From an uncultured Chloroflexia bacterium (GTDB lineage Bacteria > Chloroflexota > Limnocylindria > Limnocylindrales > CSP1-4), in NCBI GenBank assembly GCA_963712745.1, contig CAVQJC010000006.1, forward strand, positions 320,001 through 384,000: DNA of 64,000 nt, written 5' to 3'. Numbering within the stretch: position 1 is the stretch's first letter; each line of letters starts with the position of its first letter. Made by a program: the position numbers and the translations under genes. This document shows, piece by piece, positions 9,543-22,067 of the stretch. The notes under the pieces are model-generated. The model made no database searches. It saw only the letters and a program-made list of their open reading frames with translations, and was not told the origin of the DNA.

Positions 9543-11477
9543 CTAGCTGTTCCTGTCGTAGAAGTTGTCGCGCTGCAGGTAATGGTGGTTTCGCAGGTCG
9601 ACCTTAAGCCCGTAATGGAGCTGCAGGAAGTACTTCACGACCTCGGTCGCGGCGTTGCCCGTGGTACGGGTATCGTCGAGATAGGCCAGCACCACGAGGT
9701 TGGAGTCTTCGCGCTTGACGGCATTGATACCGGTCGGGTCAGACGCGGTCTTTCGGGCCTGCCTTGGCACGAAGGCCGCGAACCAGTTGCTGAAGGGCAG
9801 GCGGCCGCTCTTGTCGCGAATGCCGAACTCGGCCGTGCCGGACTTGCCCGCCACGACGATGGGCAGGTCGACGAGGTTGTCGGTGTGGCGGATGGTCACG
9901 ACGCGACGGGACGCCACGCGCATGGTGCGCAGGACAGCAGGGTCGATGTCCATCTTGCGCACCACCTCGGGCGGCACCTTCCCGATGACCTTGCCCTCGG
10001 CATCGAGGATCTTGCGCACCAGCTGGGGCTTGTAGATGGTGCCGCCGTTGGCGAGCGCGGCATAGGCGTTCAGCACCTGGATGGGCGTGCTCATGTTGTA
10101 GCCCTGGCCGATACCAGCCTGGTAGAGCTCACCGGTGAAGTAGATCTCGTTCAGCGTGCGCCGCTTCCACTCGTTGGTGGGCACGATGCCGGCCGCCTCG
10201 CTAGGCAGGTCTATGCCGGTCGGTTTGCCGAATCCGAACTGGTGAGCCCAGTAGGCGAGCCGGTCGATGGTGAGCTTGCCGGCCAGCTGGTAGAAGAACG
10301 TGTCGCTCGAGTGCCCGAAGCCGTCGAAGATGTTGAGCGGCCCCCAGCCCTTGCGGTTCCACTCCCAGTACTTCCAGTCGCCGATCTCGAGGAAGGGCTT
10401 GGTCTGGATGCGCGAACTGCTCGAGATCTTGCCGTCGGCGAGGGCGCCCGTGCCGGTCACGAGCTTGTACGTCGAACCGGGCGGGTACTGCTCGTTGATG
10501 GCCACGTTGAGCATGGGCTTGGACGGGTCGCGCAGGAGCTTGGTGTACTGGGACATCGCGATGCCCTGCGCGAACTCGTTGTTGTCGTAGGACGGCAACG
10601 AGACCATGGCCAGAATCTCGCCGTTCTGCGGGTTCATGGCGATGAAGGCCCCGCGCTTGCTGCCGATCCGTCTCATGGCCCACTTCAGCGCCTTCTCGGC
10701 GTTGCGCTGGACCTTGGTGTCGATGGTCAGTTCGAGCGATCGACCAGGCTCGGCCTCGCGCAGGACGCGCGGCGTGTGGATCTCGTGGCCTTCGCGGTCC
10801 AGGTCCACCTCTTCGAGACCGTGGGTCCCGCGAAGCACGTCTTCATAGGTGGCCTCCAGGCCGGCCTTGCCGAGCAGATCCTCCGGGTAGTAGCCCTCGT
10901 CCTTGAGGCGCTGGTACTCGGGCCCGCTGATGCGTCCGGTCCAGCCGAGGACATGGGCCATGAGCTTGCCCTGTGGATAGCGCCGCCGAGCCTCGAGGTC
11001 GACCCGGACTCCGGGGAACATGTCCGGGTCCTCGGCGATCACTCGGGCCGTCTCGGTATCGATATCGGAGATGCGCACGAGCTCGAACTGGGAGCCGGTG
11101 TGGGCGTCTATGCGCTCGATGATCTTGCGCTGCTTCACGCCGGTCAGTCGGGAGATGCGTTCGGCGACCTCGGGTCGCTCCTCGAACGGCAGCTCTGCGG
11201 GCAGGATGCGCAGCACGAAGGTGGGCACGTTCTCGACGAGCAGCCGGCCCCTGCGGTCGTACATCAGCCCACGTGCGACCGAGATCGGCCGTTCCGCAGT
11301 GAGCTGGAGCGCGGTGTAGGCCTCGAACGACGAGGCTTCGGCCACCTGCAGTTGGAACAGGCGCAGGCCGAGACCGGTCACCGCCAGCACGATGGCCACG
11401 CCGAAGGCGATGAACCGAGGCGCAAGACTGCGCTGGTTCGGCTGCGACCGGCCGGTGCTGATGGGATCGCCCGTCAT
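9543..11477 (-). CDS. mrdA: penicillin-binding protein 2
   Basis: N-terminal TM, RGLMYDRRG, YPPGSTYK (SxxK), SSD (SxN variant), GKSGTA. Start is the ATG at 11477. Confidence 0.93.
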   Translation of the reverse strand: MTGDPISTGRSQPNQRSLAPRFIAFGVAIVLAVTGLGLRLFQLQVAEASSFEAYTALQLTAERPISVARGLMYDRRGRLLVENVPTFVLRILPAELPFEERPEVAERISRLTGVKQRKIIERIDAHTGSQFELVRISDIDTETARVIAEDPDMFPGVRVDLEARRRYPQGKLMAHVLGWTGRISGPEYQRLKDEGYYPEDLLGKAGLEATYEDVLRGTHGLEEVDLDREGHEIHTPRVLREAEPGRSLELTIDTKVQRNAEKALKWAMRRIGSKRGAFIAMNPQNGEILAMVSLPSYDNNEFAQGIAMSQYTKLLRDPSKPMLNVAINEQYPPGSTYKLVTGTGALADGKISSSSRIQTKPFLEIGDWKYWEWNRKGWGPLNIFDGFGHSSDTFFYQLAGKLTIDRLAYWAHQFGFGKPTGIDLPSEAAGIVPTNEWKRRTLNEIYFTGELYQAGIGQGYNMSTPIQVLNAYAALANGGTIYKPQLVRKILDAEGKVIGKVPPEVVRKMDIDPAVLRTMRVASRRVVTIRHTDNLVDLPIVVAGKSGTAEFGIRDKSGRLPFSNWFAAFVPRQARKTASDPTGINAVKREDSNLVVLAYLDDTRTTGNAATEVVKYFLQLHYGLKVDLRNHHYLQRDNFYDRNS

Positions 11478-11481
11478 GCGC

Positions 11482-11985
11482 TCACCATGCCAGCCGCTCG
11501 GGCTCGCCGAAACGCAGGTCGAGAGCCCGTACGAGTGGCACCGATACGCCCGCGACGATGCCATTGAGCAGCCCGATCAACAGCAGGCCGGGAATGGACA
11601 GCCCCACGAACGAGATGCCCGTGGTGAAGGCCAGCAACGCCAGCACCATCAACTGGTAGCCCAGCGTGAGCACGAAAGCGGTCCCACTGATCACGGCCAG
11701 TCTCGGAGGCCACACCGCCCGGGCCACCAGCAGCGCCAGGGCTGTCAGTAGAACGAGCGTCAACGCCGAAGACCCCAGAGCACGCCCGGGTAGTAGTAGA
11801 TCGAGCGTAATGCCTCCAACGAAAGCCCAGGTCATCCCGCTCTCGAAGCCGAGCACCATCGCCACGGCGATGCCCACGGCAAAAACGAGGTCGGGCCGGA
11901 CACTGCCCACCTGAAGATGGGTCAGCACGCTCGACTCCAGGATGGCAGCAAGGACAGCTCCCACGGCAGGAGCCAACACGCTCAT
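11482..11985 (-). CDS. mreD: rod shape-determining protein MreD
   Basis: Hydrophobic 167 aa with VRPDLV, WAFVGGITLDLL; directly upstream of mrdA. Confidence 0.85.
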   Translation of the reverse strand: MSVLAPAVGAVLAAILESSVLTHLQVGSVRPDLVFAVGIAVAMVLGFESGMTWAFVGGITLDLLLPGRALGSSALTLVLLTALALLVARAVWPPRLAVISGTAFVLTLGYQLMVLALLAFTTGISFVGLSIPGLLLIGLLNGIVAGVSVPLVRALDLRFGEPERLAW

Positions 11986-12264
11986 CAGGGTGTGTCGATA
12001 GCTCTGAGGTTTCCACGGCTCGAGATGGCGCGGTCGAGTCGCCCCTCGCGCTGCGGGCCATCTCTCCTACGAGTATAGCGGAGCTCCGAAGCCCCCCCTC
12101 GAGTCGCGGCCGTGACGTCGCTGCGCCCGGCCGGCTGCATCGGCGACGAGAGTGCCATGCACCGTCCCGCGCTCAAGGGCAACCCCCCTCCCCTCCTGCG
12201 CCTCTGTGTTTCACCGGACGGAATGGCCCCCCACTCGCGCATATCTGCCCCCATCTCAACGAGT

Positions 12265-12286
12265 CGCAACCGATCGATCGGTTGCG
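12265..12286. repeat. perfect 22-bp palindrome
   Basis: CGCAACCGATCGATCGGTTGCG is its own reverse complement. Confidence 0.85.
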
Positions 12287-12346
12287 TTGTGCGGTGTGCC
12301 CGCATAGCGCCAGCATTGCGAGCTTCAAGTGTCACGTGGACCATCA

Positions 12347-12362
12347 AGTTTCACGTGGAACA
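12347..12362. promoter_or_regulatory. parS site
   Basis: AGTTTCACGTGGAACA, close to consensus TGTTNCACGTGAAACA; upstream of parAB. A degenerate copy AGTGTCACGTGGACCA lies at 12328-12343. Confidence 0.9.
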
Positions 12363-12544
12363 GAGAGACATACGGCGCGACCTCTGTACCCGGAGTCCCG
12401 GCATGGTGAGGTGACGCGCGACCCAGCGAAGGTCCGCGTGGTCTTCAAGCCGACGCAGCGATGGACGCCCGCACCTACCTGCCCGAGTGGGCACCGGTTC
12501 GATCGACGAGCTGTACGGCTCCGGAGCGGTTCCCCTCGTCACGA

Positions 12545-12560
12545 TGTTCCACGTGGAACG
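12545..12560. promoter_or_regulatory. parS site
   Basis: TGTTCCACGTGGAACG. Confidence 0.9.
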
Positions 12561-12571
12561 ACTCTGCACGA

Positions 12572-12580
12572 TGTGGACAA
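12572..12580 (-). promoter_or_regulatory. DnaA box (TTGTCCACA)
   Basis: tgtggacaa, the high-GC-type DnaA box; part of the 13-mer tgtggacaaggtg repeated at 12726. Confidence 0.65.
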
Positions 12581-12725
12581 GGTGCGCATAAGTGCCAGAG
12601 GCGACGCCAGTGATCAACCACTCGTAGACTCAAACGCCCACCGACGCACGCTTTCCCATGAGGGAATGCCACTAGCGCCCTGAACCGCGCCCGTCACGGT
12701 CCGTCCAGAGCGCCCGAAGAGAAGG

Positions 12726-12734
12726 TGTGGACAA
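12726..12734 (-). promoter_or_regulatory. DnaA box (TTGTCCACA) upstream of putative parA promoter
   Basis: tgtggacaa; candidate -10 TAAACT at 12770-12775. Confidence 0.65.
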
Positions 12735-12808
12735 GGTGGTGCCAGGAGGCAACATCCGCCATCTCAGAGTAAACTTGTCACGTGTGCAGCGAAGGGTTTG
12801 GGGGTTAG

Positions 12809-13651
12809 GTGGGCGAGATCGTCGCCTGCGCAAATCAGAAGGGTGGAGTCGGGAAGACCACGACCGTGGTCAGCCTCGCTTCGTACTTGGCGCTGGACGG
12901 GCACAAGGTCCTCTTGGTGGACATGGACCCGCAGGGCAACGCCACCAGTGGCGTAGGCCTGGACAAGGAGACCGTCGCTACCTCGGTGTATGACGTCCTG
13001 CTGGATGATTCTGCGCTTGACGATGTGATTCGCCCCACGGCGATCGACCGCCTTTCACTCGTCCCGTCGAATCGCAGCCTGGCCGGAGCAGAGGTAGAGC
13101 TCGTGCCGAATGCCGGCCGTGAGCGCCGATTGAAGCAGGTACTCGGCGGATTGGAGGAACCTTTCGACTTCATCCTGCTTGACTGCCCTCCCTCGCTCGG
13201 CCTGCTCACGGTCAACGCGCTCACTGCCTCGGATAGTGTCCTTATCCCCCTCCAGTGCGAGTACTACGCGCTCGAGGGACTGGGCCAGCTCATGGCTACG
13301 ATCGAGCTCATCAGGGACCACCTCAACCCCCAACTGTCGATGAAAGGGGTCGTTCTCACGATGCACGATGGCCGCACGAGTCTTTCAGCAGATGTCACGG
13401 CTGAAGTACGCCGACACCTGGGCTCCCAGGTCTTCCAGGCTGTCGTGCCCAGGAGCGTTCGGCTGGCTGAGGCTCCAAGCTATGGACAACCGATCGCGCA
13501 GTACAGTCCGCTCTCTCGTGGTGCTCTGGCGTATCAGGCGATCGCCGCCGAGTTCCTGGTCAGGAGCGGCGTCGAACCGGGCGACGGCCTCAGACTCGCC
13601 AGAGGCCGCTATCAGGCACCGCGCAGCGACCAGGAAGGGGAGGTGAGCTAG
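12809..13651 (+). CDS. parA: chromosome partitioning ATPase ParA/Soj
   Basis: NQKGGVGKTT, DMDPQGNAT, DCPPSLG, QCEYYALEG, RLAEAPSYG. Confidence 0.97.
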   Translation: MGEIVACANQKGGVGKTTTVVSLASYLALDGHKVLLVDMDPQGNATSGVGLDKETVATSVYDVLLDDSALDDVIRPTAIDRLSLVPSNRSLAGAEVELVPNAGRERRLKQVLGGLEEPFDFILLDCPPSLGLLTVNALTASDSVLIPLQCEYYALEGLGQLMATIELIRDHLNPQLSMKGVVLTMHDGRTSLSADVTAEVRRHLGSQVFQAVVPRSVRLAEAPSYGQPIAQYSPLSRGALAYQAIAAEFLVRSGVEPGDGLRLARGRYQAPRSDQEGEVS

Positions 13652-13653
13652 TC

Positions 13654-17461
<3,808 letters not shown>

Positions 17462-17465
<4 letters not shown>

Positions 17466-20029
17466 CCGACCCAGTCGGAAACGTCCGCTCGGTCCCCATC
17501 GAGGAGGAGCTCAAGTCGGCCTATCTCGATTACGCCATGAGCGTGATCGTCAGTCGTGCCCTGCCAGACGTGCGCGACGGCCTCAAGCCCGTCCACCGCC
17601 GGATCCTGTACACGATGAACGAGATGGGGCTGAACTCGAGTTCCTCCTATCGAAAGTGCGCGGCCATCGTCGGCGACGTCATGGGCAAGTACCACCCCCA
17701 CGGGGACCAGGCCATCTACGACGCTCTGGTGCGCCTGGCCCAGGATTTCTCACTGCGCTTCCCGCTGGTGGACGGCCAGGGCAACTTCGGCTCGGTCGAC
17801 GGCGACCCCGCCGCGGCCATGCGCTACACCGAGGCGCGCATGACGGCCATCACCGCCGAGATCCTGGCCGATATCGACAAGGAAACCGTCGAATTCGTCG
17901 AGAACTACGACGGCACCCGCATGCAGCCCGCTGTGCTGCCCGCGAAGCTGCCCAACCTGCTCATCAACGGCTCGGCCGGCATCGCGGTGGGCATGGCCAC
18001 CAACATCCCGCCCCACAACCTGGGTGAGGTCGTGCGCGCCACGCAGGCATTGATCGACGACCCTGACATGAACACGGATCAGCTGTGCGAGCACCTGCTC
18101 GGTCCAGACCTGCCCACCGGGGGCATGATCTTCCGCTACGACCGCCGCCGAAATCCGGCCACCGGCGAGTGGGAAGAGATCGACGCCATCCGCGACATGT
18201 ACCGCCATGGTCGGGGGCGCGTGGTGATGCAGGCGCAAGTGGTCTTCGAGGAGACGCGCGCCGGCCGCACCGCCATCGTGGCCACGGCCATCCCCTATCA
18301 GGTCAACAAGTCCACCCTGCTGGAGAAGATCGCTGACCTGGTCAAGACCGGCAAGGTCGACGGCATCGCCGACCTGCGCGACGAGTCTGACCGGGACGGC
18401 ATGCGCATCGTCATCGAGTGCAAGAAGGACGCTGCGCCGCGCAAGGTCCTGAACAACCTGTTCAAGCACACAGCCCTGAAGATGGCCTTCAACGCCAACG
18501 TCGTGGCCCTTGTCGACGGCCAGCCCCAGACGCTCTCACTCAAACAGCTGCTGCACCATCACATCGAATGGCGCCAGGTGGTCGTGCGGCGGCGCACCGA
18601 GTTCGACCTGCAGAAGGCCAGGGACCGGGCCCATATCCTGGAGGGCCTCAAGACCGCGCTCGACAATCTCGATGCGGTCATCAGTACCATCCGCGAGTCG
18701 GCCGACGTCGAGACTGCGCGGCGGAACCTGATGCAGCGCTTCGGCCTGTCCGAGATCCAGGCCAACGCCATCCTCGAGATGCAGCTGCGCCGCCTGGCCG
18801 CTCTCGAGCGCCAGAAGATCGAGGACGAGTACATCACCATCATCCAGAAGATCGCCGAGCTCGAGGACATCCTGGCCAACCCCAAGCGTGTGCTGCAGAT
18901 CATCCGCGACGAACTGGGTGAGCTGGACGTCAAGTACGGAGAGGACCGCCGAACCAGGATCGAGGGCAGCGCCGACAAGGAGCTGAGCGACGACGACCTC
19001 ATCGCCGATGAGGACGTGGTCATCACCATCAGCGGTCGCGGCTACATCAAGCGCCAGCCGCTCATCACCTACCGTCGCCAGGCGCGCGGCGGCAAGGGCA
19101 TCATCGGAGCTCGTACCGTGGAGGAGGACGCCGTCGGTCACCTGCTCGTGGCCAACACCCATGACTGGGCCCTCTTCTTCACCGACCGCGGCCGGGTCTT
19201 CAGCTCCAAGGTGCACCAGATCCCCGATGCCAGCCGACAGGCCAAGGGCATGCCCATCATCAACCTCGAGGGTGTGCAGGTGGACTCCGGAGAACGTGTG
19301 CTCGCGACCATCACCCTGCCGAACTTCGAGCCCGGCCACAACCTGGTCATGGCCACGGTCAAGGGCATGGTCAAGAAGACCGCCATCGAGAAGTTCGAAC
19401 GAGTCCGTTCGACCGGTATCCGCGCCATCACCGTAGCCGAGGACGACCAGCTGGCCTGGGTAGCCGTGTCGTCCGGTGCAGACGACATCATCCTGGCCAC
19501 GGCCATGGGCCGTATCGCCCGGTTCAAGGAGGGGGAGGTGCGACCCATGGGCCGCGACGCGGCCGGTGTCATCGGTATCCGGTTGGCCAACAAGGCCGAC
19601 CGCGTCGTCAACATGGGCGTGGTCCAGCGGGGTCACGACATCCTCGTGCTGACCGAGACCGGCTACGGCAAGCGCGTGGCCAACACCGAGTTCCGCAACA
19701 AGCACCGCGGCGGCCAGGGCGTGCGGCTCATCTCGCTGGAAGGCGCGAAGAGCGGCAAAGTCTCCGCGGTCGAGCTCGTCGACGAGTCGGACGAGGAGCT
19801 CCTGCTCATCTCCAGGGAAGGCCAGGTCGTGCGCACGGACGTGGACTCCATCAACCGCTACGGCAGCTCCGCGCGAGGTGTCATCGTGATGCGCCTGAAC
19901 GAGGGAGACTCGGTGGCCGGCATCGCCGTCTTCCGCGAGGGCTTGGCGGGGCAACGCGACGTCGGCGAGAATGACACCGATGGGCCCGAAGAGGGTGGCC
20001 CCGGCAGCGACGGAGCGGCGCAGGCATGA
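17462..20029 (+). CDS. gyrA: DNA gyrase subunit A
   Basis: [28 protein letters not shown], GyrA-box RRQARGGKG. Confidence 0.98.
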
Positions 20030-20051
20030 CGGATCCGGCCCGGACCAGCGA

Positions 20052-21083
20052 GTGACCGCCTTCGGCGAGGTCGAACGCATGCGACCCGGTGAGGCTCTGG
20101 GCCTCTACTCGGGCAATGCCAACGAGCGGCTGGCCCGCAAGATCGGCCGCTACCTGGGGGCGGATCTGGGGCGCGTGGAGGTGTTCGAGTTCGCTAACGA
20201 GAACATCTTCGTGCGCATCATCGACAACGTGCGCGAGAAGGATGTCTTCCTCGTGCAGCCCACCTGCAAGCCGGTGCAGAAGTCGATCATGGAGCTGCTC
20301 ATCATGATCGATGCGTTCAAGCGCGCCAGCGCCGGGCGCATCACCGCCGTCGTGCCTTACTACTCATATGGTCGCTCGGACAAGAAGGATCAGCCGCGGG
20401 TGCCCATCACCGCCCGCCTCGTCGCGGACATGATCAGCGTGGCCGGCGCGGACCGTCTGCTGACGATGGACCTGCACCAAGGTCAGATCCAGGGCTTCTT
20501 CAACATCCCCGTCGATGAGCTCACGGCCACCCATCTGCTTTCCAACTACTGGCGCCAGAAAGAGCTGCAGAACACCGTGGTCGTGACCGACCTCGGTTTC
20601 GCCAAGCGCGCGCGCACGTTCGCCGAGCTGGTGGGCGCGCCGATGGCCATCATCGAGAAACGCCGGGAGGGCAATGACGACCGGGCGGAGGTGATGAACG
20701 TCATCGGCGAGGTGCGAGGCAAACGCGCCATCATCGTCGACGACGAGATCGACACCGGGGGCACGCTGGTCGAGACGACCCGGGCCCTGGAGCGTGAAGG
20801 CGCGCTGGAGATCTACGGCTGCGCCACCCACGGCGTGCTCTCCGATCCGGCCGTCGACCGCATCCGCGACTCGGCGCTGCTGGAGGTCGTCATCACCGAC
20901 ACCATCCCGCTGCCGGCTTCCCACCACCTCGACAAGATCAAGGTGCTCACCGTGGCGCCGCTCATCGGTGAGGCCATCACGCGCATCCACCGGGGCGAGT
21001 CCGTGGGCGCGCTATTCTCCTCGGAGATCCAACGCACCCAGGCGATGCTGCTGTGGGGCGAAGATGACGAGGACGAGGCATGA
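20052..21083 (+). CDS. prs: ribose-phosphate pyrophosphokinase
   Basis: DAFKRASA, PYYSYGRSDKK, DLHQGQIQGFF, VDDEIDTGGT. Start is GTG 20052 or ATG 20079. Confidence 0.95.
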   Translation: MTAFGEVERMRPGEALGLYSGNANERLARKIGRYLGADLGRVEVFEFANENIFVRIIDNVREKDVFLVQPTCKPVQKSIMELLIMIDAFKRASAGRITAVVPYYSYGRSDKKDQPRVPITARLVADMISVAGADRLLTMDLHQGQIQGFFNIPVDELTATHLLSNYWRQKELQNTVVVTDLGFAKRARTFAELVGAPMAIIEKRREGNDDRAEVMNVIGEVRGKRAIIVDDEIDTGGTLVETTRALEREGALEIYGCATHGVLSDPAVDRIRDSALLEVVITDTIPLPASHHLDKIKVLTVAPLIGEAITRIHRGESVGALFSSEIQRTQAMLLWGEDDEDEA

Positions 21084-21358
21084 CCGACCAGTCCGGACTG
21101 GAGCCGACCAGCGGGCAGAGCAAGACGACGCTGTACCGGCCGACGGCCGGTGGCGGACTCGAGCCGGCGCCACCTCAGACCGCCGACTACCGTGACGGTC
21201 TGCGGTCGCGCCGCTGGAACGCCGCGCCGCTGGAGAACCCTGAGGTCGAGAAGACCGATCCGCGGATCGCGGTCGCGGCCATCATCCTGCTCGGCGCCCT
21301 GACGCTGGCCGTGCTCGTGATCGGCTACGGCGTGGGCCTTTGGAGCCTGCCGGCGTAG
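21080..21358 (+). CDS. small hypothetical protein with a C-terminal TM helix
   Basis: ATGA overlap with the prs stop; hydrophobic IAVAAIILLGALTLAVLVIGYGVGLW. Confidence 0.65.
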   Translation: MTDQSGLEPTSGQSKTTLYRPTAGGGLEPAPPQTADYRDGLRSRRWNAAPLENPEVEKTDPRIAVAAIILLGALTLAVLVIGYGVGLWSLPA

Positions 21359-22014
21359 GCGGCCTGTCCACACCCGTCGCCCATGTCGTCTGGGACTGGA
21401 ACGGGACGCTGCTCGACGACTTCGAGCTGACGGCTCGCGTCGCTGGAAGCACGCTCGCGGCGATGGGTGTCCACGGCCTCACCGGCGACGACGTCCGCAC
21501 CCACTTCCGTCGTCCGTTCGGTGACTTCTACGCGAGGCTCTTCGGCCGGCCAGTGAGCGCGGACGAGTTCGCCTACATCCGCCGGCGCTATCAGCTCGAG
21601 TACGACGCCGAGGTCCTGGCGCTCTCGCTGCAGCCCGATGCCCTGCCGGCGCTGGACCACGTCGCAGCAAGGGCCTCGCAGTCATTGTTGTCGATGGCGC
21701 ACGACGACCAGCTCCAGGAACTGGTCGACCATCACTCGATCCGGCATCGGTTCGTGCGCATCGAGGGCAGCCCCACCAGAGACAGCGACGGCAACAAGGC
21801 CAGACGGCTGCGTGACCACCTCTCCGCCGTCGGCGTCGATGCACGGCGCACGGCCATCATCGGCGACACCGTGGACGACCACGACGCGGCTGTGGCTCTG
21901 GGGGCGCGTTCGGTCCTGGTCACCACCGGCACCACATCCCGGTCGGTGCTGGAGGCTACCCGAGCGCCGGTGGTGGATACGCTCGTCGAGGCGGCCGCGA
22001 GAGCAGTCGGCTGA
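21340..22014 (+). CDS. HAD-superfamily hydrolase (start uncertain)
   Basis: VVWDWNGTLLDD, LLS, K, IIGDTVDD motifs I-IV. Confidence 0.88.
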   Translation: MEPAGVGGLSTPVAHVVWDWNGTLLDDFELTARVAGSTLAAMGVHGLTGDDVRTHFRRPFGDFYARLFGRPVSADEFAYIRRRYQLEYDAEVLALSLQPDALPALDHVAARASQSLLSMAHDDQLQELVDHHSIRHRFVRIEGSPTRDSDGNKARRLRDHLSAVGVDARRTAIIGDTVDDHDAAVALGARSVLVTTGTTSRSVLEATRAPVVDTLVEAAARAVG

Positions 22015-22067
22015 TCGCTGGCACGTCGCTCGGTATTGGCGGTGTGGTGGGCAGGGAAGGGGTGGTG

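Noticed and set aside
8259-11567. 1102-aa plus-strand ORF and other very long ORFs (2446-4473, 22617-25061, 40869-43589, 57695-59797)
   Set aside because: Antisense shadows of clear genes (rodA/mrdA, prfA, secA, the PP2C-like gene, ino1), expected with high-GC codon bias; no recognisable motifs.
11985-12993. Short ORFs in the mreD-parA gap
   Set aside because: Atypical codon usage, no RBS or motifs; the region is explained by parS, DnaA boxes and promoters.
20026-20055. 9-codon ORF overlapping the gyrA stop and prs GTG
   Set aside because: Could bridge translational coupling, but it is too short to distinguish from chance.
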